A program made the translations under genes and the position numbers. Below, piece by piece: positions 8,276-16,066 of a stretch of 64,000 bases of DNA. Location: contig JAJDYY010000008.1 of the NCBI GenBank assembly GCA_022824965.1, forward strand, positions 284 through 64,283, written 5' to 3'. Numbering within the stretch: position 1 is the first letter of the stretch; each line of letters begins with the position of its first letter. The notes beneath the pieces are model-generated. The model was not told the DNA's origin and did no database searches. It saw only the letters and a list, made by a program, of their open reading frames with translations. Origin of the DNA: Gammaproteobacteria bacterium. Its GTDB lineage: Bacteria; Pseudomonadota; Gammaproteobacteria; UBA4575.

Positions 8276-9858
8276 CGTTCGCCCCCCCTGACATCATGCG
8301 GCAGGTCGATCCCGATATTCCAGGTATTCAGCGTTGTCCCCTGTATCCGGTCCAGTGCGGTCAGCGCATTAAGGTACGCGACGACCGCGTCGTTTTCATT
8401 GTTCTGGCTTCTGACCAGGTCATCCTCAAACTCAACCAGCCGGAAGTTTGTGGTCAGGCCTGCGCTCAGTCTTATCTGCTCGATCTCGAGCTTTCGCTCG
8501 GCAAGTGCCCTCGCCTGTCGGGCCAGTTCGACGCGCCGATACCGGACCCCGACATCACGCACTGCGGCCCGAACCTCGATATCGATCGACTGGCGAAGCT
8601 CCGCCAGGCGAATCCGCGACTTCTGCAAGGAGAACCTTGCCCTGCGCTGGTCGCGCCGCAAGCTGTCCGCGTTCACTCCCAAAGGGATGTTCAAGCTGAG
8701 CCCGACGCGGTAATCGTCATTAAACCGGCTGTAAGCATCCGACAGCGAACGGCCACTGTTCATCAGGTTTGCCGAGGAGGTGAGGTTCAGCTCCCACCAA
8801 CGCGCATTGTCGGCAACCAGCAGGGCAGTATCCGCGTTTTCGATGATTAACCGCGACTGCAGGTAGTCCGGGCGGTGTTCAAGCGCCAACTCCACCGCGT
8901 GGTCCGCGTTGTGCGTTGCCGGGTCGACGTGCAGCGTCTCCGTTGGCTGGATCAGAGTCTGGCTGTCGATCTCCAGGATATCGATCAGGGCAAGGCGGGC
9001 ATCGTCCAGCGCATCGTAGGCTTCCGTCAGGCTCAACTCCCGTTCTGCGATATTCGCCTCGGTCTGCAAGATATCGTGCTTGGCCATCCTGCCGGTATCG
9101 ATCAGGACCCGGTTCACTTCCAGCTGGTCTCGGGCCCGTTGCAGCGAGCGTTCGCTGATCTCCACCGCACGCATGGACCGGATCACGTGGCGGTACGCAT
9201 AGATGGTCTGGGTCACGATCCCGATGACCGCCGACTTGAAGCCGAGGACGCCGATCTGTTCCTCGCGCCGGGCGGTCACGAGGTCGGCGGTACCGACCGC
9301 GGTGCCGCCACCCTTCAGCAACGGCTGGGCGAACTCCAGCGTAACGAACTGATCTGCACTGTCCTGGTTGGTCACCCGGTTGTTTGCACTCAGGCTCAGT
9401 GTCCCTCCGGTGGGGATCCGCAGGGTAATTTTGGGCGAGATACCCAGCGAGACTTCATCCCAGTCGAGCGGGGAATCGGTCGAGTCGTTGTCAAAGGACA
9501 TCTCGAGCGATGGCGTGAGCCTGAACTCGTCTTCGGAGTCCTGCAGGAAAAGTTTCTGCGAGAGCCGGTCGAGGCGACCCGTGGCAAGGTCCCGGTTGTT
9601 CTGAACGGCCAGCAGGATGGATTCGGCCAGGGTCAGGTCCCGTTTCAGCGAGGTGCCTGGAGCCCGCTCTGCAGCGACGGGTAAGCCCGCCAGAAATGCC
9701 GTCAGGACGAGGAAGATGCACAGTTTCCATGTGATGAGACGACCCGCTCCCGACCAGCCATACGCCCCTCGCTTTCTCGTGCGACGAGGCCCGTGGTTGA
9801 TCGCTGCGGAGAGAACCAGACCTATCAGCTTTGGGATGACAGCTCTGCGCACGTTCAA
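8272..9858 (-). CDS. TolC-like outer membrane efflux protein (OEP family)
   Basis: Two repeats of the TolC-type helical/beta organisation. Signal-peptide-like segment KLCIFLVLTAFLAGLPVAA. The annotated start is TTG at 9858, giving a ~45 aa extension before the signal peptide, so the true start is uncertain. Confidence 0.8.
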   Translation of the reverse strand: MNVRRAVIPKLIGLVLSAAINHGPRRTRKRGAYGWSGAGRLITWKLCIFLVLTAFLAGLPVAAERAPGTSLKRDLTLAESILLAVQNNRDLATGRLDRLSQKLFLQDSEDEFRLTPSLEMSFDNDSTDSPLDWDEVSLGISPKITLRIPTGGTLSLSANNRVTNQDSADQFVTLEFAQPLLKGGGTAVGTADLVTARREEQIGVLGFKSAVIGIVTQTIYAYRHVIRSMRAVEISERSLQRARDQLEVNRVLIDTGRMAKHDILQTEANIAERELSLTEAYDALDDARLALIDILEIDSQTLIQPTETLHVDPATHNADHAVELALEHRPDYLQSRLIIENADTALLVADNARWWELNLTSSANLMNSGRSLSDAYSRFNDDYRVGLSLNIPLGVNADSLRRDQRRARFSLQKSRIRLAELRQSIDIEVRAAVRDVGVRYRRVELARQARALAERKLEIEQIRLSAGLTTNFRLVEFEDDLVRSQNNENDAVVAYLNALTALDRIQGTTLNTWNIGIDLPHDVRGGER

Positions 9859-10123
9859 TGAGTTACAAGATATTTATAAGAACTATCTGCTGCAGTACCT
9901 CTGATTCATCTTCTGACCAGGCGTAATGCCCGTGAGACCCATGGATGGACTGTGTGAATTGCTGATAGTACCCCAATTCAGGGCATGGAGTCCTGTGTAC
10001 GATCAGGAGGAGAAAACCGGGGTTGGAGTCATAAATATGAACCAAGAGCCGCCCTACCGGATACGCCATGTCCTGTCACCCGATGAGTACGGGGGATTTA
10101 TAGACCGCAGGACCCGCAACAGG

Positions 10124-12127
10124 CTACAGCGCCAGATTGATCCCCACATAGGCCTGGAGTGGCATGGCCGGAAAGTAGCGGTCGGTGCCGAAGGCATAGT
10201 CGGCGCGATCGGCGTAGCGCTCATCGAACAGATTGATGACCCGGGCAAACAGGTCGATATGCTCGGTCAGCCTGTAGCCGCCCCGCCAGTTGAGCACGAC
10301 GTGACCCTCGTACTTGGCCGTGTTGGCAGCGTTGGTGTAGTACTCACCCACCCTGTTCAGTTCAAACTCGGAATACCAGCGCTCACCTGGCTCGTAGCGC
10401 CAGCGGGCATGGGTGAGCCAGCGCGGTGCCGAATCCATCAGGTTGCCTTTTTCGATCCGCTCGCCGCGCCCGGCATCACGGGTGAAATCGTACTTGTGTA
10501 CGGCATAGCCGATGGCAAGGCCCAGGGCATGGTCGCCCAGATGCCAGTCGCCGGAAAACTCGAGCCCGGTGGAACGGGTCTTGCCGTCGCTGACGTTGAA
10601 ACCACTGGCGTCACGGAAAATGAAGTCGCGGGTCCACTGGCCGAATGCCGACACCGACCAGGCGCCGCTTCGAAAGCCAGCCTCCACCGACACCAGGCGT
10701 TCGCTGTCCAGGTCCGCCACGGTTTGCCCCTGCTGCAGGCGGTAGAGTTCGGTGGCTTGCGGCGGTCTAAATCCGCTGCTGAGCATCACATAGCTGGAGC
10801 GGTGAGCACCAAAATCGCGCTCAACCCCTAAGCGCCCGGCCACTTCAGTGAACCGGTCTTCCCGGGAGGCCGGACGGGTGTACAGGCAGCCGCCGAAGCC
10901 GCAGGGCGTGCCGTCGTCGCGGCTGTTGCCCGTCAGGTGGCGGTTTTCATAATCGTAGCGCAGGTGCTCAAGGCGCAGGCTGTGCAACAGGCGCAGCTCC
11001 CCGCCCAAGGCTCGGCTCAGATCGTAAAAGCCTGCAGCCATGACCGAATCGACGTCGTAGTCGTAGTGGCGCCCGGCAGGGCGAGTGGCCACTAGGAAGG
11101 CCGACCCGCTCGTCGGTCGATCCTGAATCTCGAGCAGACTGCCCTGCATCGCCTCAGCTTGCGCACCGAATTGTCCGGCCCAGGCCCCGGCTTCAAACTC
11201 CTGGCGGACCAGCATGCCTCCGCTGGTCTGCTCATTGGTCTCGGTCGGCTGTCCAGGCAGGAAGTGCTGCAGAAACTCCATGTGCGAGCGGCGCAGGTAA
11301 GCAGAAACTTGAGTTGGCCCGCGCTGCCAGTGGCTGGCTGCGCGCAAGGACCACGCGTCCCGATAGGCCTCCGGGTAGGGGTTGGAGCGGCGCAGTTCAC
11401 GGTCCTTGTAGGCTTCAAAGCCCTGCACGTAGCCGCCGGTCTCCTGGTTGAGGTGGGTGGCGCTCAGGGTATTGCGTACCCGCCAGGCGCCGAGGTCGGT
11501 AGCATGGACCAGGGAGAACTTCTGCTGGTCATACCCCGTGGCATCCCGGTAACCGTCGGTCTGGCTTGCGTAGGCACTCAGGCCGACGTAGTGCCTGCCA
11601 GCGTGCCCGCCGGATGTGACTCGGACCTGGTGGTAGCCGTAGGAGCCGCTCTCCAGGCTCAGGCCGGCACCTTCAGGATTGGCCGTGAGCACATTGATCG
11701 CCCCGTGCATTGCATTGCCGCCCAGCACGGCACTTGAGGGTCCACGCCAGACCTCGATGCCCCCTGCCTGCTCGCCATTGACCTCGAAGAGGTTGTTGAT
11801 GTTGCAAAACCCCGCGGGGCGAATGGGCACACCGTCCTCAAGGTACAGAAATTTTCCACAGGCTCCGGGTCCGGTAAAGACCGCCGAGCGGATGGCGGTC
11901 AGATGCTCCTGGCCGGACCCCCGGGTCACCCAGACGCTTGGCGCCCGGCTCAGGGCTTCGTGAATATGGTTGTAACGGATCTCCGCCAGTACATCCCCAT
12001 CGATGCGGCTGGCACTGCCTGCAGTGCCGAGGCGCTCGCCGATGGTTCCTGTGACCACGATCTCCCCAATGGGATCCGCGGCGGATAGACTCGCCGGGAT
12101 CACCGCCAGCAGCAACAACCCCGCCAA
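10124..12127 (-). CDS. TonB-dependent outer membrane receptor
   Basis: N-terminal signal, TonB-box-like EIVVTGT, plug-domain motifs (IRYNHIHEALSRAPSVWV, LYLEDGVPIRPAGFCN), and a long beta-barrel region. Start is TTG at 12127. The C-terminus ends ...AYVGINLAL rather than with the usual terminal aromatic residue. Confidence 0.8.
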   Translation of the reverse strand: MAGLLLLAVIPASLSAADPIGEIVVTGTIGERLGTAGSASRIDGDVLAEIRYNHIHEALSRAPSVWVTRGSGQEHLTAIRSAVFTGPGACGKFLYLEDGVPIRPAGFCNINNLFEVNGEQAGGIEVWRGPSSAVLGGNAMHGAINVLTANPEGAGLSLESGSYGYHQVRVTSGGHAGRHYVGLSAYASQTDGYRDATGYDQQKFSLVHATDLGAWRVRNTLSATHLNQETGGYVQGFEAYKDRELRRSNPYPEAYRDAWSLRAASHWQRGPTQVSAYLRRSHMEFLQHFLPGQPTETNEQTSGGMLVRQEFEAGAWAGQFGAQAEAMQGSLLEIQDRPTSGSAFLVATRPAGRHYDYDVDSVMAAGFYDLSRALGGELRLLHSLRLEHLRYDYENRHLTGNSRDDGTPCGFGGCLYTRPASREDRFTEVAGRLGVERDFGAHRSSYVMLSSGFRPPQATELYRLQQGQTVADLDSERLVSVEAGFRSGAWSVSAFGQWTRDFIFRDASGFNVSDGKTRSTGLEFSGDWHLGDHALGLAIGYAVHKYDFTRDAGRGERIEKGNLMDSAPRWLTHARWRYEPGERWYSEFELNRVGEYYTNAANTAKYEGHVVLNWRGGYRLTEHIDLFARVINLFDERYADRADYAFGTDRYFPAMPLQAYVGINLAL

Positions 12128-12250
12128 CCTCCGTGGCTCGCCCTGGAGGCAACGGCTTATCGCCAGAAAAAGGGAAACCAGAATCAGTTGGACAATCCGC
12201 CTTCCGTAGGACAGTCGCTCACTCGCAGTGGCGACAAGTCAGTGAAAAAA

Positions 12251-12327
12251 TGGCGCGCCCGGAGAGATTCGAACTCCCGACCGCCTGGTTCGTAGCCAGG
12301 TACTCTATCCAACTGAGCTACGGGCGC
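12251..12327 (-). tRNA. tRNA-Arg, anticodon ACG (77 nt)
   Basis: Reverse complement reads GCGCCCGTAGCTCAGTTGGATAGAGTACCTGGCTACGAACCAGGCGGTCGGGAGTTCGAATCTCTCCGGGCGCGCCA. Differs from the 606-682 copy at 3 positions, including anticodon position 34. Confidence 0.9.
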
Positions 12328-12486
12328 GTACAGCATCAAATAGCAGCGCAGTATAACTTATTCCATGATCAAATTACTTCGTACGAAAAAGCCAGTTCCT
12401 AATCATGAAAACGGGGAATACAGCCGATGGGTTGATACAAGTTACACCGATTAGCAGGTATTCTATATACTCTGCTTGTTCTGTGC

Positions 12487-12579
12487 GGAGAGGTGCCAGA
12501 GTGGTCGAATGGGGCTCCCTGCTAAGGAGTTGTCTGAGTAATCCTTGGACCGTGGGTTCGAATCCCACTCTCTCCGCCA
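12487..12579 (+). tRNA. tRNA-Ser, anticodon GCT (93 nt, long variable arm)
   Basis: GGAGAGGTGCCAGAGTGGTCGAATGG...CTGCTAA anticodon loop...long variable arm...GGTTCGAATCC...CTCTCCGCCA. Confidence 0.9.
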
Positions 12580-12725
12580 ACAAGCCAATTTAGGCGATCA
12601 AATTCACCGAAAGCCGAACACTACTTGCAATCGAGAACCCGCCGGATGCGAAACGTATCTGCCCGCATGGCACCCGCCATGACGGCGAGCGCACCCGGGG
12701 AAGGAAATCCTGCTTCAGCAGGCAG

Positions 12726-14144
12726 TCACTCGTCTCTTTCCGGCATGACGACGAATTCAGGGTAGGCCTCGATGCCAAGTTCGGCGACATCCTGACCCAG
12801 GTCTTCCACCGCGGGGGACACACGTGCGCCGATCGTCTTGTCGATCACCAGCCAGGTGATCAGGGATACCGTGAACACGAAGGCTCCGACTGCCACGATG
12901 CCCGTCACTTGCACCAGCAGGTTGCCTCCTGCGGCAATGCACACCGCGAGCGTTCCCCAGATGCCTGCGAACAGGTGCGCCGGAACGGCACCGACCACAT
13001 CGTCGATCTTCAGGCTCTCCATGACCTTCAGCCCAAATACGATCACCAGGCCGCCCACCGCACCGATAAACACGGCCCAGTGGTGATGGACGATGTCGGG
13101 TCCTGCCGTGATGGCCACGAGCCCGCCGATGGCGCCGTTGAGTGCGGCGAGAAGATCCACCCGCCCGAGTATCGGCCGGGACAGCGCAATCGCCGTCATG
13201 ACACCCGCGGCAGCAGCGAGATTGGTGTTCGCCAGGATGTTGCTGAGCGCTATGGCATCGACGGCACCGCCCAGGGCCAGTTGCGATCCGCCGTTAAAAC
13301 CGAACCAGCCGAGCCAGAGGATAAAAACCCCGAGAGTGACGACCGGCACATTCGATGGAGGAGTCACCTTGACACTGCCATCGGCACGAAATTTCCCTGT
13401 GCGGGCACCCACGACCAGTGCCCCAGCCAGCGCCGCCCAGCCGCCGGTCGAGTGCACGATCGTCGAACCCGCAAAATCCTGAAAGCCCATTTCGGAAAGC
13501 CAGCCTCCGCCCCAGGTCCAGGAACCGATGATCGGATACAGGACCGCGGTCAGGATCAGGATGAACAGGAAAAACGACCACAGTTTCACACGCTCGGCCA
13601 GTGTCCCGGATACGATCGAGGCCGTGGTCGCCACGAACACCATCTGGAAGAACCAGTCCGACATGGTGGAGTAACCGTTGCTGATGACCGCAGGGGCCAC
13701 CGCTTCATCACCGCCCAGCAGTGCGATCTCATCCCCGGTCGTGCCGTACATAAACTGGAGCGAGCCGGACCAGCCGCCGGGTTCGACTCCGACATACATG
13801 AGGTTGTAGCCGACGAAGAAGAAGGCCAGGCCGGCAATGGAATAAAGCCCGATGTTCTTCAGGCAGATCACCGAGGCATTCTTGGTACGCACCGAGCCCG
13901 ACTCGAGCATCGTGAAGCCCGCGCACATCCACATCACCAGTGCACCCCAGATCAAAAACGAGAAGCTGTTCAGTACGAATTGCTGTTCCTCGCCAAGGGC
14001 TGCGTAAGCGCTGGATGAGCACAGGATCAGCAACAGGGCCAGGACTGCAAGGACGGGCTTGCGCGTAAACCCCTTGCTCCCGCTAGCAATGATCCGACAG
14101 GACGGGACTGGGGTCTGCTTGGCAATCTTGGGAAGTGCGTACAT
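12726..14144 (-). CDS. amt: Ammonium transporter (Amt family)
   Basis: 11-TM Amt/MEP signature throughout (e.g. GGWLSEMGFQDFAGSTIVH, LGWFGFNGGS). Start chosen at MYALPK, giving a signal peptide. The long ORF extends to 14264. Confidence 0.88.
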   Translation of the reverse strand: MYALPKIAKQTPVPSCRIIASGSKGFTRKPVLAVLALLLILCSSSAYAALGEEQQFVLNSFSFLIWGALVMWMCAGFTMLESGSVRTKNASVICLKNIGLYSIAGLAFFFVGYNLMYVGVEPGGWSGSLQFMYGTTGDEIALLGGDEAVAPAVISNGYSTMSDWFFQMVFVATTASIVSGTLAERVKLWSFFLFILILTAVLYPIIGSWTWGGGWLSEMGFQDFAGSTIVHSTGGWAALAGALVVGARTGKFRADGSVKVTPPSNVPVVTLGVFILWLGWFGFNGGSQLALGGAVDAIALSNILANTNLAAAAGVMTAIALSRPILGRVDLLAALNGAIGGLVAITAGPDIVHHHWAVFIGAVGGLVIVFGLKVMESLKIDDVVGAVPAHLFAGIWGTLAVCIAAGGNLLVQVTGIVAVGAFVFTVSLITWLVIDKTIGARVSPAVEDLGQDVAELGIEAYPEFVVMPERDE

Positions 14145-14368
14145 GCCGGGCTCCTGCAGTTCGGGGTGTTGCGGTGCAGAATAGCATGCCGGGCAGGCTA
14201 TGAGAATTGCAGACCGGCACAGACTCGCCCGGCCAAATGGGCTGTGCGCATGCTCGAATCGCAAGCCTGAAGGCGCGGTAACGCCTTTAAAATCGTGGTG
14301 TTCGCAGTGAATCAGAGGGTGTGTAGACCCATCGGTGTGTGGGACCCCGTCAGGTCCCGGGTCCGTTA

Positions 14369-14560
14369 CTAGTCCGCTGAATCGCCTGCCTGTGTTTTTT
14401 CGTGCCGGATCCTCTCGTAAATTTCCTCACGGTGCACTGCGACATCTCGGGGTGCATTGACACCTATTCGAACCTGGTTGCCTTTCACGCCCAACACAGT
14501 GACTGTGACATCATCTCCGATCATCAGCGTCTCGCCGACTCTCCTGGTCAAAATCAGCAT
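14369..14560 (-). CDS. csrA: Carbon storage regulator CsrA/RsmA
   Basis: [51 protein letters not shown] is near-identical to canonical CsrA. Confidence 0.97.
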   Translation of the reverse strand: MLILTRRVGETLMIGDDVTVTVLGVKGNQVRIGVNAPRDVAVHREEIYERIRHEKTQAGDSAD

Positions 14561-14712
14561 TCCCGTGTCTCCTTAATAGTCCATTTTGTTATTTGCCCGC
14601 TCCCTGCGAATCACGACATCTCCCTTGCTGCGATCTCCCGGGGCGGCTACTCCGGTTATTTCCCTACCAAAGCCGTTATGGTGTTTGCATTATGCGCTAT
14701 TGATGTTCTCCT

Positions 14713-15936
14713 CTATTTTTCCTGATCCAGTTCAAATGCTTCATGCAATACGCGTACTCCAAGCTCCAGATATTTCTCATCGACCACGACGGAGATCTTG
14801 ATCTCCGAAGTGGAAATCATCCGGATATTGATCTTCTCCTGCGCCAACGCTGTAAACATTCTACTCGCAATTCCCGCATGGGACCTCATCCCGACGCCCA
14901 CGAGCGACAGCTTCACGATGTGCGGATCGCCACCGACTTCACCGCCTCCCAGTTCAACCACTGTATTTTCAAGAACTTCCATGCCTCTCTCATAGTCATT
15001 TCTATGCACGGTGAAAGTGAAATCCGTGGTCCCGTCCGAACCCACGTTCTGTACGATCATGTCCACTTCGATGTTCTTGTCGGCGATCGGCCCCAGGATA
15101 TGGGCGGCCACACCCGGTCGGTCCGGCACCCCCTTGACCGTCAACTGCGCCTCGTCTCGATTGAAGGCTATGCCTGATACAAGCGGGTCTTCCATGCTCT
15201 CGTCCTCCAGGGTTATCAGGGTACCCGGCCCCTCTGAAAAAGTGGAAAGTACACGCAGTGGGACATCATACTTGCCGGCAAATTCCACTGCACGAATCTG
15301 CAGCACCTTGGAACCGAGGCTGGCCATCTCCAGCATCTCTTCGAAGGTCACGCTGTCGAGGCGCCTCGCATTGGGCTCGACCCGCGGGTCGGTCGTGTAG
15401 ACCCCGTTCACATCGGTGTAGATCTGGCATTCATCGGCCTTGATCGCCGCAGCCACCGCCACGGCCGTGGTGTCCGAGCCCCCGCGTCCCAGCGTGGTGA
15501 TGTTGCCCTCGTCGTCCACGCCCTGAAAGCCTGCGACCACCACCACTTTCCCTGCATCCAGCGAACGGTGCAGAAGCCCGGCGTCGATATTCTGGATCCG
15601 CGCCTTGTTGAACTTGTTGTCGGTGCGGATATTGAGCTGTGCACCCGTGGTAGAAATTGCGGCACAGTTGCGCCGCTGCAGGGCCATCGCCAGCAGCGCG
15701 ATGGTCACCTGCTCCCCGGTAGAAAGCAGTACATCAAGCTCACGCCCGTGGGCCACCTGACCCTGCACCTCGTTGGCCAGCCCCATCAGGCGGTTGGTTT
15801 CGCCGCTCATGGCCGAGACGACCACGACCACCTTGTGTCCCTGGTTCTTGCTCGCAATGACCTTCTCGGCCACGGCCTCGATGCGTTCGATCGAGCCGAC
15901 CGAGGTGCCGCCATACTTTTGTACTATCAGGGCCAT
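14713..15936 (-). CDS. lysC: Aspartate kinase
   Basis: [14 protein letters not shown] kinase motif and C-terminal ACT domains. Confidence 0.93.
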   Translation of the reverse strand: MALIVQKYGGTSVGSIERIEAVAEKVIASKNQGHKVVVVVSAMSGETNRLMGLANEVQGQVAHGRELDVLLSTGEQVTIALLAMALQRRNCAAISTTGAQLNIRTDNKFNKARIQNIDAGLLHRSLDAGKVVVVAGFQGVDDEGNITTLGRGGSDTTAVAVAAAIKADECQIYTDVNGVYTTDPRVEPNARRLDSVTFEEMLEMASLGSKVLQIRAVEFAGKYDVPLRVLSTFSEGPGTLITLEDESMEDPLVSGIAFNRDEAQLTVKGVPDRPGVAAHILGPIADKNIEVDMIVQNVGSDGTTDFTFTVHRNDYERGMEVLENTVVELGGGEVGGDPHIVKLSLVGVGMRSHAGIASRMFTALAQEKINIRMISTSEIKISVVVDEKYLELGVRVLHEAFELDQEK

Positions 15937-16066
15937 GGGCTTAATTTCCGTTCGCTCGTGGTGGAGGGATCCTGATGAATCTTAGCACGGGCGGCTGCAT
16001 ATCCCCTGTACAGAGGCAGGATCACTGTCCGCCCCAAAGTTCCGGGGCGCACCGCGTTGTGAACCA

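Noticed and set aside
9926-10831. 301 aa plus-strand ORF
   Set aside because: Lies entirely antisense to the TonB-dependent receptor gene; Gly/Arg/Val-rich composition typical of high-GC antisense frames; no recognisable domain.
14145-14368. Sigma54/NtrC promoter upstream of amt
   Set aside because: No GG-N10-GC element with TGGCAC/TTGCA-like flanks could be found on the minus strand. A GC-rich hairpin at 14341-14358 lacks a following T-run, so it is not called a terminator.
15937-16066. Possible lysine riboswitch upstream of lysC
   Set aside because: The intergenic region is only about 130 bp and I could not recognise the conserved L-box helices by eye. A covariance-model search is needed.
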